From: Candidatus Poribacteria bacterium
Lineage (GTDB): Bacteria > Poribacteria > WGA-4E > WGA-3G
Assembly: GCA_965205025.1 (NCBI GenBank)
Contig: CBDBFU010000007.1
Location: 32,001-96,000, forward strand
Reading direction: 5' to 3'
DNA: 64,000 nucleotides
Each line of letters begins with the position of its first letter. The first letter of the stretch is position 1. The position numbers and the translations under genes were made by a program. A model generated the notes under the pieces. The model was not told where the DNA came from. It searched no databases and saw only the letters and a program-made list of their open reading frames with translations. Below, piece by piece: positions 52,197 through 62,891 of this stretch.

Positions 52197-52211
52197 TTTT
52201 GGCAGGTAAAA

Positions 52212-52958
52212 GTGCGATTAGAAAAATTTATAGCTACTTCAGGTGTTGCTTCTCGACGTGCAGTAAAACGTTCTATACGTGAAGGACGTGTGACAGTCAA
52301 CGGCACGACGGTATTCATACCGGGGCATCCGATAGATGTGCAGACAGATACTATAGAATATGAAGGCGAACTGGTAGAGCCATTAACACACCGAATTTAT
52401 CTCATGTTGAACAAACCTGCTGGATATATCACCACTCGACATGATGAACGGGGACGTCAAACAGTAATGGATCTACTAACCGACTTACCTAAGTCTATAT
52501 ATCCAGTGGGTCGTTTAGATTTGGAGACTGAAGGACTTTTACTATTTACGAATGATGGACAATTTGCAAATCGTCTGATGCATCCGAGTCATGAAATTGA
52601 AAAGACTTATCTTGCATGGGTGAATGGTGTTCCGACCAACCGTTCTCTCAATCGCCTTCGTAAAGGTGTTAAAATCCCAAAAAGTATAACATCACCAGCA
52701 AAGATTGAATTATTAGATACGAATTTATCGACTTCAGCAACTATATCTGATAGGAGAAATAGAAGCGGAATGATAGCAAAGTTGAGGGTAATTATACATG
52801 AAGGGAAAAAACGGCAAGTTAGGTTAATGTTTAAGGCAGTAGGTCACAGGGTGATACGTTTGAAAAGGACACAAGTTGGCAGGTTATCGTTAGGAAATCT
52901 TCCGCAGGGGCAATATAGATATCTCACCCCCGCAGAAGTAAAAGACTTAACAGACTAA
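52212..52958 (+). CDS. rRNA pseudouridine synthase (RsuA/RluB family) with S4 domain
   Basis: MRLEKFIA..SRR, LNKPAGY, PVGRLDLETEGLLLFTNDG, EGKKRQVR. Confidence 0.92.
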   Translation: MRLEKFIATSGVASRRAVKRSIREGRVTVNGTTVFIPGHPIDVQTDTIEYEGELVEPLTHRIYLMLNKPAGYITTRHDERGRQTVMDLLTDLPKSIYPVGRLDLETEGLLLFTNDGQFANRLMHPSHEIEKTYLAWVNGVPTNRSLNRLRKGVKIPKSITSPAKIELLDTNLSTSATISDRRNRSGMIAKLRVIIHEGKKRQVRLMFKAVGHRVIRLKRTQVGRLSLGNLPQGQYRYLTPAEVKDLTD

Positions 52959-54070
52959 TTATCATTTCCAGCAGCATCTGCAGCCGATTGCTTAACACGA
53001 TTTAAGTTCGCTTCAGCCTGTTTTTTTATATTTTCATCAGATGAATGATTAATTAGTTTTTCAAGAACTTCAATAGATGTATGGTATTTACCTACAAGTG
53101 AATATGTTACGCCAAGATAGAGTTGGGAAATCTCATTCCGTACACTATCTGGATATTTATCTATGACGATTTGGAAGTGTTCCACAGCAGTATCGAAAAA
53201 TCCTTGTTTAAGTTCTTCCGGACTATTCTGTATCCTGCGAGCATGACCTAAAGCGATTTCATAGTGCATATCAGGAAGTATACCAGAGTCATTTTTAGGG
53301 TCTAATGCAAGAATCGTATCACTAATGATTAAAGCCTCTCCAAATTGTCTCTGGCTTAGATATGCTTTGACGAATTCGAAATTCAACTTGAGATCGTCAG
53401 GCATCTTTTCTCTTATCAAGAGAGCTTTATCAATCTCATTTTTGCTCAGATAGTAAATTGCAAATTCTCGGTTAAGATCAACATCATTCGGCCATTTCTT
53501 CAGGATTGGTTCAGCCTTTTCAATTTGATGACGTTGGAGATAAAGTTTTACCATTTCTCGATTAAGTGATAAGTCATCTGGCATTTTCTGAAACTTTGCC
53601 AACTTCTCTTTAAAATCTTCTTCTAATTTTATCGCCTCTTTCATGACAGGTAAAAATTGTTCAGGTAGTGCAAAACCTATATGATGTTTAATTAATCCTC
53701 CATCCGAACTGACGAACAAGATTGTAGGATAACCAGTTACACCAAATTTATTTCCTGTTTCTCTATTGATTGGTTTATCATCATCTTGGGGATTTACCTT
53801 AACAGGAATGAACTTCTCTGTAAGAGCGATAACTTCTGTATTTGTAAATGTTTCGGCATCCAGCCGCTTACAGAAACCTCACGAATCCGTATAGAAGTCC
53901 ATCATAATCGGCTTTCCACTCTTAGCTGCTTGAACTTGGGCTTCTTCAATGGATGTTCCCCACTCCACAATATTTCCTTCAGCATAAACTTGCATTGAAA
54001 CAACAAGTAGTAAGATTATGCCAAATGCAGATAGTAGAGTAATTTTATTTTCTAAAACAGAATTACACAT
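52955..54070 (-). CDS. Exported thioredoxin-fold selenoprotein (UGFC) with TPR-like C-terminus, 371 aa
   Basis: ORF 53879-54070 reads in frame through TGA 53879-53881 into ORF 52955-53719: KPIMMDFYTDS-U-GFCKRLDAETF..FGVTGYPTILF. Confidence 0.88.
53850..53877 (-). promoter_or_regulatory. Candidate bacterial SECIS
   Basis: CGGC-UGGAU-GCCG hairpin with loop starting 17 nt after the UGA and a possible lower GUUU/AAAC stem. Confidence 0.5.
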
Positions 54071-54478
54071 TAATTCTCTCCTTTTAATAAACTGTCAGGG
54101 ATATTCCCCGATTAATGGTTAAACAATATCAACCATTTAAATATCACCAGTTCAATAAGTGTTATATATTACCATATTCTGACTTGAACTGTCCAATAAA
54201 ACACTTGTAATACCAATGTTTGAGTCATATTGAACTTGTTCTTTAGAAGTCATTGCTTGAGAAGTCATCCTCAAATACAGGACTCTACAGCATATATAAA
54301 ATATAAGAGTATAACTCAAAAATAAAACAATTGTTTACTAAAGATAAACAACAAATATACAATATCTATTTATCCATGCACCCAGAATCGCAAATATAGT
54401 TCCCACGGAATCTACCTGGGATTCATATCGGTTTGTGTCTTAGAGACTTAATCTCTTGGTAAATATAGAATTCTACTT

Positions 54479-55867
54479 CTACTTTCCAACACAGAATTGT
54501 GAAAAAATACGATCCAGGATGTCTTCGGTAGTTGTTTTCCCAACAATATTACCTATGGCATCAAGACATATACGCAGGTCAACGGAAACGAGGTCTGGTG
54601 GCATCTTATTTTTTAAACTCTCTATAACATGATCAATAGCAGTTTTTGCATGACGTAGCGCCTCTTGATGACGTGCATTGCTAATTATAGAGGATTCACC
54701 AAAAGTGAAATCCTTACCGAGTAATTCTTCTTGTATGGCAGTTTTCAACTGTTCAACTCCTTTTTCTTGAATAATAGCAGTTTGGACCACCCTTCTATCT
54801 GGACAGTGATTAATTAAATCTTCAGGTTTGATTACGTTATTTAGATCCATCTTATTCAAGATTAGAATAGCAGGATGTGAATTAGCTATCTGTAATAGTT
54901 GAATATCGTCATCATTTAAGGATTCAGAAGCATCAAACATTACAAGCAGAAATTCTGCTTTAGTACTGATGTCTCTACTTCTTTGAACCCCCTCTTTTTC
55001 AACAGGATCATCAGTCTGTCGAATTCCTGCTGTATCCACAAGATTAATCGGGATGCCTGCTATACTAATGAATTCATCAATTGTATCGCGTGTTGTTCCC
55101 GGTATATCCGTAACAATTGCCCGTGCTGTGTTAATAAGTACATTAAAAAGGCTGGATTTACCGACATTTGGCTTCCCCAAAATTGCAACATTAATCCCCT
55201 CTTTGATAATACGACCTTCTGAAGCGGACTTGAGTAAGTCTACCATATCAGTCTTAATATTACGGGTATTAGTTAATTGCGTCTCAATCTTCATGAAATC
55301 CAAGTCCTCTTCTGGAAAATCAATTGATGCCTCAATTTCAGCAAGAAGGGACGCAACTCTATCACTAAGCATGTTTATGCTCTCCGAGAGTTTACCCTCA
55401 AGAGCTTTAATCGCAATCTTACGACTTAAGTCTGTTTTAGAACCGATAAGTTCAGCGACTGCTTCCGCCTGTGCGAGGTCTAACCTACCATTTAAGAATG
55501 CCCTTTTTGTGAATTCACCCGGTTCAGCCGTTCTTGCCCCTGCTTTTACAACTAAATCCAAGACAATGGACAACGTCACTACACCGCCGTGGCAATTAAA
55601 TTCAACAATATCTTCAGTTGTATAGGTTTGGGGGGCACGCATAATACCGAGTAGAACTTCATCAATAACCTCTTCTGATGTTGACCTATCAACGATATGT
55701 CCGTGTGTAAGTGAATGAGAAGGAAGTTGTTCGGTCTGGACCTTACGAGATGGACGAAATAGTTCACTTGCAATAGGAAGGGCGAGTGGACCACTGACAC
55801 GTACAATACCGATGCCACCCTCCCCTTTCGGTGTTGCTATGGCAGCGATGGTATCGTCAATGTTCAT
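54479..55867 (-). CDS. mnmE: tRNA modification GTPase MnmE
   Basis: DTIAAIATP, AEPGEFTKRAFLNG, GKPNVGKSSL, GTTRD, C-terminal FCVGK. Confidence 0.97.
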   Translation of the reverse strand: MNIDDTIAAIATPKGEGGIGIVRVSGPLALPIASELFRPSRKVQTEQLPSHSLTHGHIVDRSTSEEVIDEVLLGIMRAPQTYTTEDIVEFNCHGGVVTLSIVLDLVVKAGARTAEPGEFTKRAFLNGRLDLAQAEAVAELIGSKTDLSRKIAIKALEGKLSESINMLSDRVASLLAEIEASIDFPEEDLDFMKIETQLTNTRNIKTDMVDLLKSASEGRIIKEGINVAILGKPNVGKSSLFNVLINTARAIVTDIPGTTRDTIDEFISIAGIPINLVDTAGIRQTDDPVEKEGVQRSRDISTKAEFLLVMFDASESLNDDDIQLLQIANSHPAILILNKMDLNNVIKPEDLINHCPDRRVVQTAIIQEKGVEQLKTAIQEELLGKDFTFGESSIISNARHQEALRHAKTAIDHVIESLKNKMPPDLVSVDLRICLDAIGNIVGKTTTEDILDRIFSQFCVGK

Positions 55868-55924
55868 ATTTTAAACCTAATTTATAAGGAATAATGGAAC
55901 CATAAATTGAAGTAATATTCAGGA

Positions 55925-56551
55925 TCAATTTTCGTTCTGTATTGTAACTACAACACGTCGGAAATCACCTTCGCCTTGACTAAAAGTGGAAACAGTATCA
56001 TCAGATTGTAGGGTAAGATGGATTACTCGACGATCTTTGGCAGACATAGGTGTCATGACAGCATCTTGACGAGTGCGTTTTACTTTACTCGCAATTTGAT
56101 GTGCAAGTTCAGATAGTGATTCCTCCCGTCGTTCTCTGTATCCTTCTGTGTCAACAAAGACCTTTTTCTTTACGAGTGCATTCTTATTTACAATACAATT
56201 GAGAATCCGTTCAATGGAGTCAAGTGTCTGTCCGTGTCTACCAATTAGTAGGGCGGGAGAATCCGTGATCATATTTAGGTGTTGACTCCCTTCAGTCTGT
56301 GAAGATTCGACTTCAGCATCAATTCCAATTCGAGATATGATTTCTTTCAGGATAGATTCAGGAGAAGAACTGGTATTTTTCTTTAGGGCAGCACGAATTT
56401 TAGCTGGTTTTGCCCCGAAACTCAGTATGCCTTTTGTCGGTTCATTTAGTACGATGATGTTTACGTCTTCTCTCGTAGCTTGTAGTTCCGATAGTGCGAG
56501 ATCAATTGCTTCTTCTACAGTTTCAGCTTCAGTCTCAATGAAATTTTGCAT
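55925..56551 (-). CDS. jag: Jag/KhpB (EloR) RNA-binding protein
   Basis: Jag_N TVEEAI, KH LLIGRHGQTLD, R3H DRRVIH; position between yidC and mnmE. Confidence 0.93.
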   Translation of the reverse strand: MQNFIETEAETVEEAIDLALSELQATREDVNIIVLNEPTKGILSFGAKPAKIRAALKKNTSSSPESILKEIISRIGIDAEVESSQTEGSQHLNMITDSPALLIGRHGQTLDSIERILNCIVNKNALVKKKVFVDTEGYRERREESLSELAHQIASKVKRTRQDAVMTPMSAKDRRVIHLTLQSDDTVSTFSQGEGDFRRVVVTIQNEN

Positions 56552-56661
56552 ATTGTTGTAATCCTATGTGTGTTGAAAATTCAGATATTCAAGTTGCGAT
56601 TTCCTCAATATGAACTGTCGAAGGTTAACTTATACTCTTGAAACACAAACTCATTAATTGG

Positions 56662-58494
56662 TCATTTTGATGGTTTCACTTCATTTTGTGATTCACCATC
56701 ATGGAAATATCTGGTTTGTATCTGCTGTTGAGCAACGGTAAGTACATTATTGCACAACCAGTATAACACAAATCCAGAAGCCCAGTTATAAAAAAGGAAT
56801 ACGAAAATAAGAGGCATAAATTGCATAATTTTTGCTTGAGTATTACTAGTAGCAGGTGTTGCTGACATTCCCCCTACGAATTTCTGTTGTAGCCATGTTG
56901 TAAGTCCATTTAATATAGGTAAAAAACGAATGGCATCTATATCTAAAAATAATAAAGGTATTGTAAAAGGTAGTCTTATCAGAACATCTGGAGCAGAAAG
57001 ATCATCAATCCAGAAGAGGAAAGAAGCCCCCCGGAATTCGACGGCACTTCCCAACAATGAGAAAAGTGCATAAAAGATAGGTAGTTGTGGTAACCATGGA
57101 ATACAACCACCTAATGGATTTACACCGTTCTCTTTGTAGATTCGCATTGTGGCTCTGTTTAGTTTTTGTGGATCATCCCGAAATTTCTCCCGTAATTCGG
57201 TTAATTGAGGCTGTAAGTCCTGCATTTTCTTCATAGAAACATGCGCCTTACGTGTAAGTGGAAAAGAAACAATCTTCACTAAAGCAGTTAATAGTATAAT
57301 TGCGACACCATAGTTCCCAAAGAACTTATATAATTGCCTAACAAACCAGAGCATTCCCCAAGACAAGGGACCAAAAAAACCAAAATTTATTACTTTAGAT
57401 AAATTAATTGGTGTTTCTGTATCATTAGGTGCTGTAATTTGTTTCAGGAGTGTTTCATCATTTGGTCCGATATATAGACGAAATGTATGTGATTTATCCT
57501 GATTGGCTTGAAGTAAGAAGGTTGGTATATTTAAGACAGCGGTTTGATCAGGTGCAGCGACAAGGGGATCAGGAGTTTGATTTGTTATTGAGGAATCAAG
57601 TGTATAAGTTGCCTGAAGGTTTGGATCAGGAATCATTAATGCACTAAAGTATTGACTATTTAGCCCTGCCCAAAGTACAGTGGCTGATGCCACTTCTTGT
57701 TTTAATTCGTGTGTAGGTTTTCCGGTTCCAATATATGTTTTTGCTCCTTCTTTGGTGCTGCGTCTTCCGGGTTTTCCTGCCTTTTTTTCGTGAACAAGTA
57801 GATCCGCATTAATTCCTCGACCCCATCGCAATTCATACCCATTGACTGGTGAATTTGAGCCGATTTGTACTGTTTGAGAATCAACAGTGACATTCTCGAA
57901 TTTTAACATCAAATCAACTATATAACCATTCGGATAAAATTTGAATATCTTTTCAACTTTTAGTTGTTTACCAATTGTTGTGGTGAATGTAAGGGTTTCT
58001 GATCCTTCTGTGTTTTGAAGTTGTATATCCTTCTTATCTGCTTCCCACTTTGCACGCTGTAAATCATCCTGTAGATTTTGATTTCCAAATCGGATTGCGA
58101 GACAGTCCAATGCATTTTCTGGAATTAGGTTAAGAGCAAGATTCTTGGTGGTGATTGATCTGTCAGGAAATCGTAATTCTCCGTTTTTATTTTTTTCTAC
58201 CAAATCCCATCTTTTTGCGATTGCGAGTTTTTCGTTAAATGTAATATCGTATGTATTTGTTTGGATATGAACAGTCGGATCATCAGGTTTTTCCTGTGAT
58301 ACGAAGGAATCTTCAGTAGTACTTATGCCATTTTCTATTTCCCCTGGTTGTACATCAGGTGTGCCGTTTGACGGAGTCTGTTCGCTTAATTCGGATTCGT
58401 TCTGATCAGGGGTAAAACGATTACCAAATATGAGACTCCAGGCAATCATTACAACCACCATTAGAACGAGTGCGAGAATATAACGTGATCCCAT
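56662..58494 (-). CDS. yidC: Membrane protein insertase YidC
   Basis: GNYGVAIILLT, NPLGGC.P..Q.PIF, WIDDLSAPD, LYW..NN. Confidence 0.96.
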   Translation of the reverse strand: MGSRYILALVLMVVVMIAWSLIFGNRFTPDQNESELSEQTPSNGTPDVQPGEIENGISTTEDSFVSQEKPDDPTVHIQTNTYDITFNEKLAIAKRWDLVEKNKNGELRFPDRSITTKNLALNLIPENALDCLAIRFGNQNLQDDLQRAKWEADKKDIQLQNTEGSETLTFTTTIGKQLKVEKIFKFYPNGYIVDLMLKFENVTVDSQTVQIGSNSPVNGYELRWGRGINADLLVHEKKAGKPGRRSTKEGAKTYIGTGKPTHELKQEVASATVLWAGLNSQYFSALMIPDPNLQATYTLDSSITNQTPDPLVAAPDQTAVLNIPTFLLQANQDKSHTFRLYIGPNDETLLKQITAPNDTETPINLSKVINFGFFGPLSWGMLWFVRQLYKFFGNYGVAIILLTALVKIVSFPLTRKAHVSMKKMQDLQPQLTELREKFRDDPQKLNRATMRIYKENGVNPLGGCIPWLPQLPIFYALFSLLGSAVEFRGASFLFWIDDLSAPDVLIRLPFTIPLLFLDIDAIRFLPILNGLTTWLQQKFVGGMSATPATSNTQAKIMQFMPLIFVFLFYNWASGFVLYWLCNNVLTVAQQQIQTRYFHDGESQNEVKPSK

Positions 58495-58575
58495 TTACTA
58501 TTAGGTGCTCCTCAATTATCTATAGTGTCATTCTAATATAAATACACTATGATTCATTACTGTTTGTATTATTAA

Positions 58576-58785
58576 TTATTTAAGTGGGTCAAAACCCCCA
58601 GGATGATATGGATGGCATTTTACCAACCGTCTTATGGTTAACCATATTCCCTTTAATGTTCCATATTTTTCAAAGGCTTGTTGTGCATACTGTGAACAAG
58701 TCGGATGGAAGCGACATGTTGGAGGCAAGAGTGGGGAAATAAAACGTCGATAACCGCGGATAGCGTACAAAAATAATCGCTTCAT
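58576..58785 (-). CDS. yidD: Membrane protein insertion efficiency factor YidD
   Basis: [31 protein letters not shown]. Confidence 0.96.
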   Translation of the reverse strand: MKRLFLYAIRGYRRFISPLLPPTCRFHPTCSQYAQQAFEKYGTLKGIWLTIRRLVKCHPYHPGGFDPLK

Positions 58786-58919
58786 TTTACATAAATCGTA
58801 TTCAGATGTATATTAGGGTTAGGTTTAAGCAAGCCATTAAATCCGACTTACCTATTATGTAGGGAGTAATTTTTGACTACAAATAGTCGGTAAGTTTTGG
58901 TAAGACATGTAACTTATAC

Positions 58920-59267
58920 TTAAGTAGACAATATCTTAGCCTTACGGAAGAGTTTATATAGACTTTCCTCTACCTGCGATGCAGTAAGTTCACATGCTGC
59001 TGATCTACCTACAACAACAATGTCATAGTTGGGAAGTAGATCAGATCTTAATAAACGGAACACCTCACGAATTAGTCTTTTAACTCTATTCCTCTGGACA
59101 CTTTTACCCACTTTCTTACTAACAGTAATTCCTAAGCGTGCATGACCTAACTGGGTAGAGTATATATATATAACAAAATAACCATCCCAGTATTTTTTTC
59201 CGGACTTATAGACTCTCTGGAATTCCCAATGTTTTTTCAACCTATCTGGATGTGCTTGGTAAGGCAT
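58920..59267 (-). CDS. rnpA: Ribonuclease P protein component
   Basis: RLGITVSKKVGKSVQRNRVKRLIRE. Confidence 0.95.
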   Translation of the reverse strand: MPYQAHPDRLKKHWEFQRVYKSGKKYWDGYFVIYIYSTQLGHARLGITVSKKVGKSVQRNRVKRLIREVFRLLRSDLLPNYDIVVVGRSAACELTASQVEESLYKLFRKAKILST

Positions 59268-59370
59268 ACTGTCAGGTTAATTCAGATTAATACCACCCTT
59301 TCATCTGCACAATATTTATTGGACTTGTCATTATTACAGACAAGGGTACAGAGGATATATGGGATACAAT

Positions 59371-59883
59371 TCAGTTAATATAGAGATACTTTTTCCATGA
59401 TGGATGGTAGCCACGAAAATGCCGATTAAGCTGCAAATACGTTAGAATTGAAGGAGTTTTCGGTAAGCGTCTCAACTTGAACTGTGTTTCATGAAGCATA
59501 TGATTACCTTTTTTATTATTGCATCGTTTACAGGCAGTCACAACATTTTCCCAGGTGGTTTTGCCACCTTTTGAAAGAGGAATAACATGGTCAAGTGTTA
59601 ACAAAGACCCTGAATATTCTTTGTTGCAATACTGACATATGTGCTGGTCCCTTGCGAGTACGTTTTTACGAGAAAACTTCACTACGCTGCGCGGAACATG
59701 TACATAGTTTACCAAACGAATTACATGCGGGACTTTAACAACAGCTGATGGTGACTGTATTTCTGAATCAGACACTTCCTCAGTTTGAGCAGTTCCTTTA
59801 AAAACCATCTTCAATGCACGTCTGAGATTGCAAACATTAATTGCTTCATAACTGGCATTTAGTACCAGAACGGTTACTTCCAC
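59371..59883 (-). CDS. HNH endonuclease (HNH_5-like)
   Basis: VLVLNASYE, NVLARDQHICQYC, TLDHVIPLSKGG..WENVVTACKRCNNKKG. Confidence 0.9.
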   Translation of the reverse strand: MEVTVLVLNASYEAINVCNLRRALKMVFKGTAQTEEVSDSEIQSPSAVVKVPHVIRLVNYVHVPRSVVKFSRKNVLARDQHICQYCNKEYSGSLLTLDHVIPLSKGGKTTWENVVTACKRCNNKKGNHMLHETQFKLRRLPKTPSILTYLQLNRHFRGYHPSWKKYLYIN

Positions 59884-60211
59884 TCGCCTGTCCTCCTACA
59901 AGCAAGGCATTTAGACATAACCTTATATAATAATAACATATCTAACTACAAATTGCAACTAAAATGTAATGTAAAGAAACCTATTCAGTTTCGATTCATG
60001 GGTACAAAATAGGTAGACAAGGTGTCAGATTTGAGTAAGATGCATCTATATCTGTTACGGAAAATGCTGTAAGAGGATACGCAGATCTTATCAAAATAAC
60101 ATCTCTTCAGTAGATGGACAGTCTGTAATATCCATGTTAAGTAGATTAACAAAGACAATAATACAAAAATCTGTTAGAATAATCATAGAATACGTACAAG
60201 AAAGATGTAAT

Positions 60212-61630
60212 ATGTCCTTATGTAATAATCATCCAAATCTTATATATGTTTTTGCCGACCAGCTTCGTTATCAATCCTGCGGTTATGCCGGAGATAACAA
60301 TGCCCTAACACCTAATATCGACCGTCTGGCTACTGAAGGTGTAAACTTTTACAATGCTGTGTCTGGCAGTCCGATGTGTGCACCTTATCGTGCATCCCTC
60401 TTCACAGGTAAATATGCCAGCAGTACTGGTATGGCGATTAATGAACTCCGTATGAATCCAAATCATGACTGTTTCGGACATGTTCTACATCGTAACGGAT
60501 ATCAGACCAGCTATATTGGCAAATGGCATCTATGGGCAAATCAATTGGGTAAACATCATGATTCTCAAAATTCCTATATCCCTCCTGGCTCCTACAGACT
60601 CGGTTTTGATGGGGAATGGTCGGCATATAATTTTCATCATACATATTTTGACACATATTATCATAGAGACAGTCCAGAGAAGATTACAATTCAAGGGTAT
60701 GAACCTGATGGACAGACGGATTTAGCAATAGAATACCTTGAACGTGCTTCAAAAGTAGCCGATCCCTTTGCTCTCTTCCTATCTATTGGCACCCCACACG
60801 ATCCATGGAATGAAAATAATGTGCCTACTGAATATTATGATATGTTCCGTGATGTTGAGTTTAGGTTACCACCCAATTATAGAGATGTAAACGATCCGTA
60901 TGGTGATACCTGGGCAATGATGTCTGATGCTGAACGTACTAAGATACCTGAATGGATGCGTGTCTATTATGCTATGACTACCAATCTTGATTGGAATTTG
61001 GGTAGGTTGTTGAAGGCGGTTGAGAATCTGGGACTCAGCGATAATACGATTTTTGTCTTTACCTCTGATCATGGTGAAATGTTTGGAGCACAAGGACGCA
61101 AAGCAAAGAATATCTTTTATGAAGAATCTGTACGTATTCCGTTTCTTATCCGATGGGACAATCGAATTTCGAACGGACATACCACTGATGTATGTCTGAA
61201 TACTCCGGATATCATGCCGACTCTTTTATCTATGATGGACCTACCTATTCCAGATGATGTTGAAGGTACAGATCTGAGTCCTACATGCATCAACGAAAGT
61301 TTCGATGAACCGGACGCAGCGTTTATGCAAGGGATGGGATGTACAGCAAAATGGGAAGACGGTCATGAGTGGCGAGCATTACGGACAAAACAACATACAT
61401 ACGCAGTTCATCGTCCTGATGGATGCGAGAAACTATTTGATAATTTGTCAGATCCGTATCAGAAGATTAATCTGATTGATAAGCCTCATGCTGCATCTAT
61501 CCAAGATGAACTTCGTGAGATGTTAATACAGAGAATGGAATCTCTCAATGATACCTTTGAAGCATGTACTTGGTATCGTGATAATTGGACAGAGGATAGA
61601 ATTATATTGAAAACAGCGACCTTAGGTTGA
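60212..61630 (+). CDS. Cys-type sulfatase
   Basis: PNLIYVFADQLR, CAPYRASLFTG (CxPxR), GKWHL, FTSDHG. Confidence 0.92.
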   Translation: MSLCNNHPNLIYVFADQLRYQSCGYAGDNNALTPNIDRLATEGVNFYNAVSGSPMCAPYRASLFTGKYASSTGMAINELRMNPNHDCFGHVLHRNGYQTSYIGKWHLWANQLGKHHDSQNSYIPPGSYRLGFDGEWSAYNFHHTYFDTYYHRDSPEKITIQGYEPDGQTDLAIEYLERASKVADPFALFLSIGTPHDPWNENNVPTEYYDMFRDVEFRLPPNYRDVNDPYGDTWAMMSDAERTKIPEWMRVYYAMTTNLDWNLGRLLKAVENLGLSDNTIFVFTSDHGEMFGAQGRKAKNIFYEESVRIPFLIRWDNRISNGHTTDVCLNTPDIMPTLLSMMDLPIPDDVEGTDLSPTCINESFDEPDAAFMQGMGCTAKWEDGHEWRALRTKQHTYAVHRPDGCEKLFDNLSDPYQKINLIDKPHAASIQDELREMLIQRMESLNDTFEACTWYRDNWTEDRIILKTATLG

Positions 61631-61694
61631 GTATTTCGATTGCAACAAAACCTACTTTTTTCAAAATAACAAATAAATACTTGAACTCATTTAT

Positions 61695-62660
61695 TTAATA
61701 CCACATTGCTTTATCCACTACATTCTTTAATGGCTTCCCTTCAGCAAATAGACGTGCATTTTCTAAAAACACTTCAAAATGGCGTTCAGATATATTCTTC
61801 GCATCCTTAACAGCAATATGGGGTGTTATCAAAACATTAGACATTTTCCATAATGGACTGTCGACAGGTAAAGGCTCAACTTCAAACACATCTAATCCAC
61901 ATCCAGCAATAGTTCGATTTTCAAGGGCATCAACAAGATCATCAAGTTTCGTCGTTTTACCGCGTCCGATATTGATGAAATACGCGGTTTCTTTCATCAT
62001 TTTAAACCGATTTCTGTTCCACATTCCCTCTGTTTCTGGTGTGTGAGGAGTCGTCACTATTACAAAGTCAGCCAAAGGTAAAAGTGTGTCCAATTCTTCT
62101 GGTTCATGTTTTTCTATATCAGGTATGGTATATTCCCATCTCTGATCTACTCCTATAACTCTCATTCCAAATGTCGCACATAATTTTGCAGTTTCATGAC
62201 CTATACCACCCACACCAACAATCAAAGCAGTAGCTTCTGCGAGGTCTATATATTCACTTTTTCGGGCATTACTATCCCAAATACCAGCACGTTGCGCGTC
62301 CAGATAAGACGGTAAACCCCGTGCAAGTGCGAGTACAAACATGAGGATATGTTGGGCAATATGATCATTGTATATACCGCGTGGATTGCACACAACCACA
62401 GGATGCTCAATCAGTTCTGGATAATAGAAACCGGCAGCTGGTCCAGCAGCGGGACTTTGTAGCCATCGCATATTCTTAGCTAATGGTAACTTTTCTGGAG
62501 AGACCCAACCATAAACAGCATCTGTCTCAGGAAGATGCAGGTCGACCTCATCATCTGTTTCTGGGAAGAGAATAATATAATCGGGTATTTCCTTTTTTAT
62601 AGTCTCCGACCAGGTTTGTAATTGGGAATTCTGTGGTGGCATCATCACGAGTTTCGGCAC
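61695..62660 (-). CDS. D-2-hydroxyacid dehydrogenase
   Basis: GVGGIG, FINIGRG, GLDVFEVEPL, ITPH. Confidence 0.9.
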   Translation of the reverse strand: MPKLVMMPPQNSQLQTWSETIKKEIPDYIILFPETDDEVDLHLPETDAVYGWVSPEKLPLAKNMRWLQSPAAGPAAGFYYPELIEHPVVVCNPRGIYNDHIAQHILMFVLALARGLPSYLDAQRAGIWDSNARKSEYIDLAEATALIVGVGGIGHETAKLCATFGMRVIGVDQRWEYTIPDIEKHEPEELDTLLPLADFVIVTTPHTPETEGMWNRNRFKMMKETAYFINIGRGKTTKLDDLVDALENRTIAGCGLDVFEVEPLPVDSPLWKMSNVLITPHIAVKDAKNISERHFEVFLENARLFAEGKPLKNVVDKAMWY

Positions 62661-62891
62661 TGATTATTACCTCATTCAATTGATTCTACAAGATAGCATA
62701 ATCTTATCACGCTAATGCATCGAAAGCAAGTGATATGAAAATGGATTGCATTCCCCATGGTTCCAAACCGAACCTACCAAGGGTTGAGAATTTAATTTTA
62801 GCGATAAAATAGTTGAATTCTCTTACTTCGATTTCACGTTATACTATAAAATGTGAATCAGTTTATAAACGACATTCTTACATTCAGTCTT

